Of a DNA stretch of 32,000 nucleotides, positions 1 to 8,576 are shown one piece after another (within the stretch, counting starts at the first letter, position 1; each line of letters starts with the position of its first letter). The position numbers were made by a program, and so were the translations under genes. Source of the stretch: Desulfocapsa sulfexigens DSM 10523 (GTDB lineage Bacteria > Desulfobacterota > Desulfobulbia > Desulfobulbales > Desulfocapsaceae); contig NC_020304.1 in assembly GCF_000341395.1 (NCBI RefSeq), positions 3,270,001-3,302,000 of the forward strand, written 5' to 3'. The notes beneath the pieces are model-generated. The model ran no database searches, was not told the DNA's origin, and saw nothing but the letters and a program-made list of their open reading frames with translations.

Positions 1-51
1 TTCTAGGTCCTTGATCGCATCCGGCATAAAATAGACACGATATTTATCCAT
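1..51 (-). CDS. parE: ParE-type toxin, N-terminal fragment (runs off left edge)
   Basis: Reverse complement of 51..1 reads MDKYRVYFMPDAIKDLE, a typical RelE/ParE N-terminus. The start overlaps the end of the upstream ParD-like ORF. Confidence 0.7.
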   Translation of the reverse strand, partial: MDKYRVYFMPDAIKDLE

Positions 52-331
52 CAATTTCCCCTTTCAGTTTTCGTTTGTGTAACTCCTCAATTCTGCTAAA
101 TGCTTCTTCAATGGGTACTGGTTCACCATTATTCTTGGATTTCTCCAAACGGTTACGTATGAGGGCCAGACGTATTTCATGCTCTTCTTCTTTTTTTTGC
201 CAAAGCCTCATCGCTTCTCTTATCAACTCGCTGGTAGAGCCATAGGAGCCAGAGCTCACTTTTTGCTTGATTGAGGAAAGCATATCCCGGGGTAGAGTAA
301 TTGTAATTCGTTCCGCTTTTTCTTGTTGCAT
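44..331 (-). CDS. parD: ParD/CopG-family ribbon-helix-helix antitoxin
   Basis: 95-aa ORF 'ERITITLPRDMLSSIKQKVSSGSYGSTSELIREAMRLWQ' is a classic RHH ParD N-terminus, followed by the ParE start. Confidence 0.85.
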   Translation of the reverse strand: MQQEKAERITITLPRDMLSSIKQKVSSGSYGSTSELIREAMRLWQKKEEEHEIRLALIRNRLEKSKNNGEPVPIEEAFSRIEELHKRKLKGEIDG

Positions 332-1227
332 TGTGTTGACCTCCTTGTGAGTATGATTTAATCATACCACTATTAATTACATGGGGCAACCGCAATGCAA
401 CTCAATATTTTGAGCTGTTGCATTTAAAATGTGCTTAACTAAATGGTGACTTTAACCACAGTAAACAGACTTGACTATTCAATTGAAATTGATCAGAAAT
501 GGAGCAACTACAAAGAAGAGCTTACCGAAGAACACCTCGATATTTCAATCGGGTTTCACAAGTTGCGTAATACTTAATACTATTGGGTCGGACCAAGTTA
601 CCCAACTGATATAGCAATAGAAATACCTCAAAAACACCCGTTTTAATCCCTTATGGCCTCCTTCCCCCCAAAAAAAAGGACCCTCTAAGGAAATACAGAG
701 GGCTGGTATCCATGCCAAGAGCAAACTAACATTATATACCCGGCTGCGTCTGGCACATCACCCACAGATGTCTATGGACCCTGTGTACCTGACTATATTG
801 CCACTTCCAACCATATCCACCTGCTGGTGGTGGACACCAGGGAAGATGTAATTCCCAACAGCATGCTGCTCATTGCAGGCCGGACTGTACAGGAGTATAA
901 CCAGCGAAAGAGTCGAAAAGGCACCTTCTGGGAGGATCGATACCATGCCAGTGCGGTGGAGACGGATGAACATCTGGCAAAGTGTCTGGTCTAGATCGAC
1001 CTCAACATGGTGCGGGCAGGAGGGGTGAAACACCCGTTGGAATATACGTTGAGCGGCTTCAATGAAATCCAGAGGCCGAAACAGCGGTATACCGTGATCG
1101 ATCGCCTTTGATCGATCTTTTTTCCGTTGGCAGTCAAGAACATTTTCGTTAGAAACATAAACAGTGGGTTGAGACAGAACTGGGGGCAGATAAACAACAA
1201 CGGAAGGCTTTTTGGAGTGAATCAATC

Positions 1228-1233
1228 GCTGTA
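1228..1233. repeat. Target-site duplication GCTGTA, left copy
   Basis: Identical hexamer directly abuts both IS ends. Removing the IS plus one copy restores a continuous RAYT reading frame (..SESIAVGSDG..). Confidence 0.9.
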
Positions 1234-1348
1234 TGCGTATTCCAGTGAATCCGGCCACCCAGTCCACTTGATTCCGGCCAGTAATTCCACGGCAAAGCGG
1301 CCACCCAGTCCAGAGGATTCCGGCCAGGGTGTCGGAGCGTAGCGACGC
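1234..1348. repeat. IS21 left subterminal repeat array (about 4 units, 22-23 bp period, core ATTCCGGCCA)
   Basis: Units: GTGAATCCGGCCACCCAGTCCA / CTTGATTCCGGCCAGTAATTCCA / CGGCAAAGCGGCCACCCAGTCCA / GAGGATTCCGGCCAGGGTGTCGG, then GTAGCGACGC at 1339-1348. Confidence 0.85.
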
Positions 1349-1379
1349 GAATATTTCCTTCTTACTCTGTGTGTTGCTC

Positions 1380-2117
1380 TCACGTCAAGCGTGCTTTCTT
1401 TTTTCTCATAGATTCTCCTTTCAGTTTGATTTTGTGAGCGGCATGTACCAGACGGTCAAGAATGGCGTCGGCTAAAGTCGGATCTCCGATCCGCTCATGC
1501 CAGTGCTCTACCGGTAATTGACTGGTTACCAAGGTAGATTTGAGGCCGTGTCTGTCTTCCAGTATTTCTAGTAAATCATGGCGTTGCTCCTGGTTGAGTG
1601 TGGCCAGTCCATAGTCATCAAGTACCAATAGATCTGTTTTTGAATAGACAGTCAGTAACTTCAGATAACGGCCATCCCCCTTGGCAAGAGCCAGATCTTC
1701 AAAGAGTTTACTCAGACGGAGATAGAGAGCACTATAGCCTTCTCTGCATGCCTTTTGGGCCAAGGCACAGGCAAGATAGGATTTGCCGACTCCAGTGGGG
1801 CCGGTAATAAGCAGATTGGTATGTTCCTTTATCCAGTTGCAGTCAGCCAGCCTGGTTACCAGTGACCTATCCAGACCACGCGGATGACGGAAGTCTACAT
1901 CCTCGATTGAGCCATCCTGCCGCAGCTTTGCCTTTCTGAGTCTGGTCTGAAGTTTTCTGGTTTCCCTGACCGCCTGCTCGCGGTCAAGTAACAGACCGAG
2001 GCGTTCTTCGAAACCCAGGTTATCTGCAGTGTCCATGTCCATCTGTTCCTGGAGTGCTGCGGCCATGCCGGTGAATCGAAGAGTTGTGAGTTTTTCAAGT
2101 GTTGGATGCAGAAGCAT
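1380..2117 (-). CDS. istB: IS21-family ATP-binding helper protein IstB
   Basis: 245 aa with Walker A 'LLITGPTGVGKSYLACALAQKACREG', Walker B-like 'DLLVLDDYGL', and the typical 'HDLLEILEDRHGLKSTLVTSQLPVEHWHERIGDPTLADAILDRLVHAAHKIKLKGESMRK'. Confidence 0.97.
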   Translation of the reverse strand: MLLHPTLEKLTTLRFTGMAAALQEQMDMDTADNLGFEERLGLLLDREQAVRETRKLQTRLRKAKLRQDGSIEDVDFRHPRGLDRSLVTRLADCNWIKEHTNLLITGPTGVGKSYLACALAQKACREGYSALYLRLSKLFEDLALAKGDGRYLKLLTVYSKTDLLVLDDYGLATLNQEQRHDLLEILEDRHGLKSTLVTSQLPVEHWHERIGDPTLADAILDRLVHAAHKIKLKGESMRKKKARLT

Positions 2118-2137
2118 TTTATCGTTTCCTTTTTGTT

Positions 2138-3715
2138 TTAGTGGGTTGAGGGAGAATAATACTGAGAGCCACGGATATTTGCGTGATTAACCGGCTTGTC
2201 CTCTGTAGCCGGCTTCGGTAGTGGCTTCTGATCAAGGCCGCTTTTGAGTATGGATTCCACTGAGCGGTAAGAAAGGGCGTTGATATGCAGGGCCCGATGG
2301 CATGCTGCCTCAAGGCGTGAATCTCCATAGGCTTTGCCAAGACGGAGAATGCCCAGCAAAGTGCGATAGGCCTGTTGTGGGTGAGCTCTTTTTACAAGAA
2401 GCGTCTCTGTGAGGCAGAGTGTCTCCGGCCCGACCTTGGCAGCCCAGCGCTTGAACCTGTCCGGATTCCACTCCATGTACTTTCGGTGGTTGACAGGCAT
2501 ATGCTCTTTGACGGTAGTGTGGTGCCCTCGTTGATTCTCCCGGATGTGACTGGCCACCCGTTTACCACGAAAGTAACACTCAACCGTGCTTTTGGTATAG
2601 CGCACCTCAATCTGTTTTTTGACCAGGTTATATGGAACGGAATAGTAATGTCCCTCGACCTCCACATGATAGTCGATATGTACAGTGGCCTTTTTCCAGT
2701 AGGATAATTCATAAGGGCTGGCTGGAAGTTGTTTCAGGGCAGGTTTGTCCAGTTCTTCAAAGCGACTTTTACGGCTGCCGGATAACTTCTTGAAAGGCTT
2801 GTTGTTCAGTTGCTCAAGGAGTTTGCCTATTTCGCGATTGAGATCGTCAATGTTGAAGAAAGTATGTTTACGGAGTTTTGCCAGAATCCAGCGTTCCACC
2901 AGCAATACACCGGCCTCAGCCTTGGCCTTGTCCCTTGGTTTTCTAACCCTTGCAGGCAGCACCACGGTTTGATAATGTCGGGCCAGATCATGATAAGTGG
3001 GATTAAGGTCAGGTTCGTAACGGCAGGCTTTTGTGACGCCACTTTTCAGGTTATCTGGAACGACAACTTCCGGAACCCCACCCAGGAAAGCAAATGTACG
3101 GACATGTGAACCGATCCAATCCTCAATCTTCTGGCTGGGAGTGGCCTCAGCATAGGTGTAGTTGCTGGCACCAAGGACCGCAACAAAGACCTGAGCCTTT
3201 GTGATTTCTCCGGTGTGTTGGTCAACGACATCGACGGTTTGGCCTGCGTAGTCGACAAACAGTTTCTCACCGGCTCGGTGTTCATGGCGCATGACCAGAT
3301 CAAGCTTGCCGGCCCAATCCCGGTAACTATGGCAGAACCAGCTGTACTGGTAGCCGTCAGGATGCTGCTCTTTGTATTCCTGCCACAGCAGGTTCAGGGT
3401 AACCCCTCGTTTGGATTGGAGCTCTTTGTGGATCTCAGAGAAATCTGGAATTAGCCGGCTTGTCCCCGGTGGAGGCGGTGGAGGGAAAAGGGTTTGTTCA
3501 AGGCTGCTGTCGCTTAGGTCGTCAGGAAGGGGCCAACCCAGATCTGCTCTTTTGGTTCGTTGTAAATAGTCACTTACCGTGCTGCTGCCAATACCGCAGC
3601 TACGGGAAATTTCACGGTTACTGTGCCCAAGTTCATACTTGAGTCGTAGTACCTCTCTAATTTTTCGCATAGATAACCTCTTCTTCGGCATGAGCCCTCC
3701 TTGAATTTTATTCAA
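2138..3715 (-). CDS. istA: IS21-family DDE transposase IstA
   Basis: 525 aa with N-terminal HTH 'REVLRLKYELGHSNREISRSCGIGSSTVSDYLQRTKRADLGWPLP', 'GEKLFVDYAGQTVDVVD', 'PEVVVPDNLKSGVTK' and 'KPRDKAKAEAGVLLVERWI'. Confidence 0.97.
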   Translation of the reverse strand: MNKIQGGLMPKKRLSMRKIREVLRLKYELGHSNREISRSCGIGSSTVSDYLQRTKRADLGWPLPDDLSDSSLEQTLFPPPPPPGTSRLIPDFSEIHKELQSKRGVTLNLLWQEYKEQHPDGYQYSWFCHSYRDWAGKLDLVMRHEHRAGEKLFVDYAGQTVDVVDQHTGEITKAQVFVAVLGASNYTYAEATPSQKIEDWIGSHVRTFAFLGGVPEVVVPDNLKSGVTKACRYEPDLNPTYHDLARHYQTVVLPARVRKPRDKAKAEAGVLLVERWILAKLRKHTFFNIDDLNREIGKLLEQLNNKPFKKLSGSRKSRFEELDKPALKQLPASPYELSYWKKATVHIDYHVEVEGHYYSVPYNLVKKQIEVRYTKSTVECYFRGKRVASHIRENQRGHHTTVKEHMPVNHRKYMEWNPDRFKRWAAKVGPETLCLTETLLVKRAHPQQAYRTLLGILRLGKAYGDSRLEAACHRALHINALSYRSVESILKSGLDQKPLPKPATEDKPVNHANIRGSQYYSPSTH

Positions 3716-3743
3716 AAAGGCACTCTCTACCAGTTGGTTCTAT

Positions 3744-3883
3744 GCGTCGCTACTCCCTATTTGGGGTGACCGGATTCCTCTGGAATCACTGGCCGGAATG
3801 AAATGGAATCGGTGGCCGGAATCACGTGGAATGAGTGGCCGGTTTACTCTGGAATCGGTGGCCGGAATCGTCTGGAATATGCA
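3744..3883. repeat. IS21 right subterminal repeat array (about 5 units, 23 bp period)
   Basis: Reverse complement units: GACGATTCCGGCCACCGATTCCA / GAGTAAACCGGCCACTCATTCCA / CGTGATTCCGGCCACCGATTCCA / TTTCATTCCGGCCAGTGATTCCA / GAGGAATCCGGTCACCCCAAATA, then GTAGCGACGC, shared with the left end. Confidence 0.88.
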
Positions 3884-3889
3884 GCTGTA
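3884..3889. repeat. Target-site duplication GCTGTA, right copy
   Basis: See left copy. Confidence 0.9.
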
Positions 3890-4136
3890 GGCAGTGACGG
3901 TTTTGTGGAGAAGGTTCAGAGGTAGCTGAGATCCCAGGCCGGCAGCCGCACAGTTATTCGGGAAGAGAAGGGAAGCGCACTGAAAGGGCCTCAGGTTTTT
4001 TACAGTACGCTTTTTGAGGGCGAAAAGGATGCTCTAAGGTTTAAAAACAGGTAATTCTGGGACTTTAATACAGAATAATCAGGTTGATAGCTTGGTCCCT
4101 AATGCTAGTTAAGACAATAACTTGTTATATCCCATG

Positions 4137-4571
4137 GAGGGAACTGTGGAAACAATAGCGATCATTCTCATCATATCGTTCGTTGGATTGGCGGCACTGC
4201 ATTTGTATTGGGCGCTCGGCGGAAAGTTCGGAATGTCAGCAGCCCTCCCTGAGGTAGATGGGACACCAGTCTTCACGCCCGGAGCAGCGGCAACGATTGC
4301 GGTTGCATTCGTGCTCACTGGCTTCGCACTAATCGCGCTCGTCCTCGGGTTCGGGGCCGGTTACGCTGCGGCGCTCACTCCTTATGCGGTCCTTCTCGGC
4401 TTCGCTGTCGGAGGCGTACTCGTCCTGCGGGCGGTTGGCGAACTCAAGTATGTTGGTTTCTTCAAGCGTGTGAAGGGCTCGAAGTTCGCAATGTATGACA
4501 GCTGGCTGTTTTCGCCTTTCTGCCTGTTAGCTGGCGGGGCGTTCTTATTACTAGCGGCGGGCAGGATATAA
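4137..4571 (+). CDS. DUF3995-like integral membrane protein
   Basis: ORF 4122..4571. Likely start is the internal Met at 4137 (MEGTVETIAIILIISFVGLAALHLYWALGGKFGM...). Several TM helices and the typical 'HLYWALGG' motif. Confidence 0.6.
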   Translation, partial: EGTVETIAIILIISFVGLAALHLYWALGGKFGMSAALPEVDGTPVFTPGAAATIAVAFVLTGFALIALVLGFGAGYAAALTPYAVLLGFAVGGVLVLRAVGELKYVGFFKRVKGSKFAMYDSWLFSPFCLLAGGAFLLLAAGRI

Positions 4572-4574
4572 TCG

Positions 4575-4605
4575 GGTAAGGGCAAGGTTTTCCCTTGCCC
4601 TTACC
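4575..4605. terminator. Perfect 13-bp inverted repeat (possible terminator)
   Basis: GGTAAGGGCAAGG-ttttc-CCTTGCCCTTACC immediately downstream of the DUF3995-like ORF. No strong T-tract. Confidence 0.45.
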
Positions 4606-4927
4606 ACACCGCCCCACAAGCAGCTACGCATAGGGCGATTCATTAAGGTCATCGGGCCTGAGCCGGGTAGTGAATCTTCACCCACTGGTCTTTGACAGAT
4701 ATCAACCCAAGTTCTTTTAGCTAATGCTGTCATAATTGCCTGTCTTTTGAAGGTTCCCAGCTTGAAAAGATTGGACACTTTGGTTCGTGTGTGTATACCT
4801 CCATTGTTTCCAGAAACACATTCGTATCCTGCAACGGAGCCATTCGTCTACAGTAAAAGTAGGGATTTAATCTTGCTCTGCCCCCCTTTTACTCATGGTT
4901 CAAAAAACATATCCCATATTTTATCTT

Positions 4928-5425
4928 TTAAAACAGTAACCTGTCCACTTCGTGTTCTATTGAACTTATAACAACAGAAATCTCGTGTGGTGATTTGTTA
5001 ACGGTTTTCTGGATCACCTTTCCCCAGTCCTTCAGCATGTCGGTGGAGATTTTGCGCACATCGTTTTCCTTACTCCATTCACATCCAATTTTAAGACCAA
5101 GTGCAAGCATGCTCACCTTGGTTTTCACCTTCTCCCTTTCAGGTACTCTGGCTACAACATCATCACTTATTTCCTGCCAGCCATCGAAGAGCAACCCACC
5201 TTTCTGGAAGGTTTCATACCAGTCACGTTCCTTTTCATCAAGTGATTCAAGAGAGTTATTGCTAAAAATAAGTAACTTTTTTTCAATGGCTGCAAGGTCA
5301 GCTGCATGCTGAACATCCTCACAGGGAAGACAGGTCACAGAGTTTTCTTTAGCATTTACAATAACTGAACAGAGTATCAGAACAATTACAATAAAAGATA
5401 TATGGAAATATTTTCGAAGCATCAA
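4928..5425 (-). CDS. Hypothetical exported protein
   Basis: 165 aa with a signal-peptide-like N-terminus 'MMLRKYFHISFIVIVLILCSVIVNAKE'. No family recognised. Confidence 0.55.
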   Translation of the reverse strand: MMLRKYFHISFIVIVLILCSVIVNAKENSVTCLPCEDVQHAADLAAIEKKLLIFSNNSLESLDEKERDWYETFQKGGLLFDGWQEISDDVVARVPEREKVKTKVSMLALGLKIGCEWSKENDVRKISTDMLKDWGKVIQKTVNKSPHEISVVISSIEHEVDRLLF

Positions 5426-5544
5426 TATTGTACCGTATGGTTTTTTTGTGTTCTTTTTAAGTGTTTCTCAGAAATCCTATTAAGATGAGAATCCTTATCA
5501 CATCAAACTAATCATTGTGATACAAAAAAGTCAAGAGACATTCT

Positions 5545-6183
5545 CTACAAAAGACGCAAAAGGGCATTCACAATAGCAACAGAAACGGTTGTCCCCCCTT
5601 TTCTGCCCTCACAGGTGATGAACGGAAAGTCCTGTTCCTGTAAAATTTCTTTTGACTCGGGCGCATTAACAAAGCCTACAGGAACGCCGACAATTAACTC
5701 TGGGCGTATTTTGTCTTCTTGAATAAGTTTCATTATTGTTATAAGGGCGGTGGGCGCATTGCCGATAGCAACAATACCGACATTCTCGATCATACCCTCC
5801 TCAATAGCTGCCTGGGATCTGGTAAGCCCGCGTTCAAGGGCCAGTTGAGCAATTTCAGGATCAGCAACCTTACAGATAACCTTTCCGCCATAAGGAGCCA
5901 AAATAGCTTTGCTGATTCCGGCGACTGCCATATTAACATCTGTAAGAATATTTTTGCCAGATCGTATCGCTTCGCATCCAGCTTCGATGGCCCCTGGGTG
6001 AAAATGCAACAGCTTTGCAAAAGAAAAATCCCCGGTAGCATGGATAACCCTCTGAATAACTGCAAACTGCTCAGGAATAATATCTTTTTGACAGAGTCCT
6101 GTCTGTTGATCAAATTCCTTTGCTATAATTCGAAAACTTTCACCTTCAATCGCCTGTGGAGCTATTTCTGTTATTCTATGCAT
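5545..6183 (-). CDS. cbiC: Precorrin-8X / cobalt-precorrin-8 methylmutase
   Basis: 212 aa with 'VIHATGDFSFAKLLHFHPGAIEAG', 'IGNAPTALI' and 'ELIVGVPVGFVNAPESKE', all conserved CbiC/CobH motifs. Confidence 0.95.
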   Translation of the reverse strand: MHRITEIAPQAIEGESFRIIAKEFDQQTGLCQKDIIPEQFAVIQRVIHATGDFSFAKLLHFHPGAIEAGCEAIRSGKNILTDVNMAVAGISKAILAPYGGKVICKVADPEIAQLALERGLTRSQAAIEEGMIENVGIVAIGNAPTALITIMKLIQEDKIRPELIVGVPVGFVNAPESKEILQEQDFPFITCEGRKGGTTVSVAIVNALLRLL

Positions 6184-6198
6184 AACTGTTTTTCAGGT

Positions 6199-7563
6199 TT
6201 ATGTGGTTTTTGTAATGATCTGGGATCCCGTCAGTTCACTTATAAAGGACTTACTAAGCTCCCTGTTTCTGGCAAAATGTAAATGGAGATACCCACCTAT
6301 CACATTCTTAAAGGTATACCCCTCAACAATGTCAGCATCTATTTGATATAAGGTGGGCGTCCCTACGGTGCTCCCTACTATTTCCGAGTAGTGAAATTCA
6401 TGCCCATGAAGATGCTGCCCCCTACGACCAAGAAAACAGTCAGCTACCAGGCATGGTTTACGATATCCAAGACGGGAAAGTCTCGTTTTCATCTGTACTG
6501 CAAACGGAAAGATGCCGCACATCGTATGGCTCTGTTGTCCGGTTGTTTCTATCCGGTCACAAAGATACATAAAACCACCACATTCCCCATAAATGATCCC
6601 GCCTGATCGAGCAAAGTCATTCACAGCCTGGCGCATAGCCTGATTTTCACTCAACCTCTCAGCATGAAGTTCAGGGTATCCCCCGCCAAAGTATATGCCC
6701 TTGCAGTCGGCGGGCAGGGCAGTATCTGACAAAGGACTGAAGAAGACCAGTTCAGCGCCTTCTGCTTCAAGCATCTTCAGGTTATCCTCGTAGTAAAAAC
6801 AGAACGCTTCATCTCGTGCAACGGCGAGACGCACATTCTTTGCAATTGAAGCGTTGGCCACGAACATCTCTTGCTCTGCCGCTTGAGTTCGCCTGGAAAT
6901 TTGTAGAAGCTGATCAAGATCAATATGTTTTTCCACGGCAAGAACAAGTTGCTTTAATTGCACTTCATTCAAAGGCTTTTCCTCTCCCATATGGAGACCG
7001 AGATGCCGATCGGGTATTTCAAATCGAATATCCCGGGGAAAAAACCCAAGTATTTGAGCCTTACAGATTCCTGCCATGCTCTTTTCGATAAGTTCACGAT
7101 GCCTGGGGGAGCCAACACGATTAAAGATAACTCCTGCAATTTCCACATCAGGTGAAAAGCTTTCAAAGCCTTTCACAATGGCCGCCACGCTCTCTGCAGC
7201 GGAACTGGCATCAACGATAAGAATCACCGGAAGTTCCAATTCCTTGGCAAGGGCAGCGGAGGAGGCAATTCCACCATCGAAAAGCCCCATTACACCTTCC
7301 ACCACAGCCACGTCATTTCCATTGAAGCGGAAGTTGAAAGTGTCTCTGCAGAACTCCCTGCCACACATTCTAAGATCAAGATTGGAGGAAATCTTTCCAG
7401 TCACCATTCTGTGCAGACTTGGATCTATGAAATCTGGACCACATTTGAATGGCTGAACCGACAATCCCCTTGCCTTCAAGGCTGCCATTATTCCTATGGT
7501 CAGGGTTGTTTTGCCAGAACCGCTTGCGGTACCACCTGTCAAAAATGCAGAGGATGTTTTCAT
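6199..7563 (-). CDS. cbiA: Cobyrinic acid a,c-diamide synthase
   Basis: 454 aa with 'GTASGSGKTTLTIGIMAALKARGLSVQPFKCGPDFIDPSLH' and GATase 'YGECGGFMYLCD'. 4-nt overlap with cbiB. Confidence 0.96.
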   Translation of the reverse strand: MKTSSAFLTGGTASGSGKTTLTIGIMAALKARGLSVQPFKCGPDFIDPSLHRMVTGKISSNLDLRMCGREFCRDTFNFRFNGNDVAVVEGVMGLFDGGIASSAALAKELELPVILIVDASSAAESVAAIVKGFESFSPDVEIAGVIFNRVGSPRHRELIEKSMAGICKAQILGFFPRDIRFEIPDRHLGLHMGEEKPLNEVQLKQLVLAVEKHIDLDQLLQISRRTQAAEQEMFVANASIAKNVRLAVARDEAFCFYYEDNLKMLEAEGAELVFFSPLSDTALPADCKGIYFGGGYPELHAERLSENQAMRQAVNDFARSGGIIYGECGGFMYLCDRIETTGQQSHTMCGIFPFAVQMKTRLSRLGYRKPCLVADCFLGRRGQHLHGHEFHYSEIVGSTVGTPTLYQIDADIVEGYTFKNVIGGYLHLHFARNRELSKSFISELTGSQIITKTT

Positions 7564-8576
7564 AGGACAATCTGAACGATAAAGAATCGTATAAGAAGGA
7601 GTGTTGAGAGAAAGAGTAATGAGCCAATGAGTATAAGATTGTTGCTTCTCAGAATGTCCCTGTCTTCGGCAGGTCTCTTATTCTCACCAATAGCTGGTTT
7701 GATCATTTTTTTTCCAAAGTAGATAGAAGTACCACCAAGTTCAACACCAAGTGCCCCAGCTACTGTGGCTTCGGTATGGCCTGCATTGGGGCTTGCATGA
7801 GCAAGTCTGTCTCTTGTGAAAATTCTATAGCTACCCTTCCAATCAAGTCCCAGGAAAAAAGCAGCGGGGACGAGTATCAAACCACTTAGCCTGGCAGGCA
7901 CCCAGTTTACAGCATCATCAAATTTTGCCGCTACCCTGCCAAAGTATAGATACCGTTCATTCTTATAACCAAACATTGAGTCCATGGTATTCACTGCCTT
8001 GTATCCCATGGCTCCAAATACTGCAAGAAATAGCGGTTCTATAGGGAGAAGAGGAGAAAAAAGGGAAAAAACAACGGCATAAAAAAGGGGTGCGGTAACC
8101 CCGTCCACCATATTTTCAGCAACTGTTTCCACGCAGGCTCGTATGATTCCTTTTCGATCAAGAGCTGACGTATCACGTCCTACGATTTGAGCCACTGCAG
8201 ATCTTGCACTATCAAGCGATTCATCGGCTTTAAGAGCATGATACACAGTTCGACTATGACTCACCAGGTCACGAGCTGCAATGGAACTGTAGAGAAGAAT
8301 TACTGCAACGATCTGAGCCAGAACGCCTGAATAATAGTTGGTGGAGAAAAGCAAAACAGCAGTCAAAGCGAGGGACAGGAAAAGAACAGTGACAAAAGCT
8401 GCAAATCCAGCAAGCAATTCAGTAGAAAACATTTTTCGAAAGATCCTTTCATAAGTAACACAAAAAAAACCGATCAGCCTCACCGGGTGAGGCAGAAATC
8501 TGGGATCTCCAAAAAGAAAATCAAGCAGAACCGCTGCCAGAAGCTGAAATTCAAAAACAGGCATCAACTCAGTCAA
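7560..8576 (-). CDS. cbiB: Adenosylcobinamide-phosphate synthase, membrane protein
   Basis: 338 aa with 'LLDFLFGDPRFLPHPVRLIG', 'ACVETVAENMVDGVTAPLFY' and 'NAGHTEATVAGALGVELGG'. Confidence 0.95.
   Translation of the reverse strand: MTELMPVFEFQLLAAVLLDFLFGDPRFLPHPVRLIGFFCVTYERIFRKMFSTELLAGFAAFVTVLFLSLALTAVLLFSTNYYSGVLAQIVAVILLYSSIAARDLVSHSRTVYHALKADESLDSARSAVAQIVGRDTSALDRKGIIRACVETVAENMVDGVTAPLFYAVVFSLFSPLLPIEPLFLAVFGAMGYKAVNTMDSMFGYKNERYLYFGRVAAKFDDAVNWVPARLSGLILVPAAFFLGLDWKGSYRIFTRDRLAHASPNAGHTEATVAGALGVELGGTSIYFGKKMIKPAIGENKRPAEDRDILRSNNLILIGSLLFLSTLLLIRFFIVQIVL

Larger units (their letters stand above)
1234..3883 (-). mobile_element. IS21-family insertion sequence (about 2650 bp), complete
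   Basis: Encodes IstA and IstB. Terminal inverted repeats are TGCGTATTCCAG (left) and CTGGAATATGCA (right; reverse complement TGCATATTCCAG). Both sides are flanked by the direct repeat GCTGTA (1228-1233 and 3884-3889). Confidence 0.93.
712..4078 (+). pseudogene. REP-associated tyrosine transposase (RAYT, Y1/IS200-like) pseudogene, interrupted by an IS21-family element at 1234..3883
   Basis: Conceptual + strand translation gives MPRAN*HYIPGCVWHITHRC, then (apparent internal deletion) GPCVPDYIATSNHIHLLVVDT..LIAGRTVQEYNQRKSRKGTFWEDRYHASAVETDEHLAKCLV*IDLNMVRAGGVKHPLEY, then KQWVETELGADKQQRKAFWSESIA. Translation resumes after the IS with VGSDGFVEKVQR*..FWDFNTE*. There are multiple in-frame stops (727, 992, 4052) and frame changes. 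Confidence 0.85.

Noticed and set aside
758-1267. 169-aa minus-strand ORF and overlapping 69-aa ORF
   Set aside because: Antisense to the RAYT remnant. The plus strand gives clear IS200-like motifs (SNHIHLLVVD, DRYHASAVETDEHL).
1127-1342. 71-aa plus-strand ORF crossing the IS left end
   Set aside because: Spans the RAYT/IS junction and IS repeat array. No protein character.
1234-1348. Possible CRISPR-like array because of regularly spaced repeats
   Set aside because: The repeats are imperfect, the period is about 23 bp, there are no spacer-sized unique segments, and matching inverted units occur at the other end. They are IS21 transposase-binding repeats.
5719-6282. 187-aa plus-strand ORF
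   Set aside because: Antisense to the well-supported cbiC gene.
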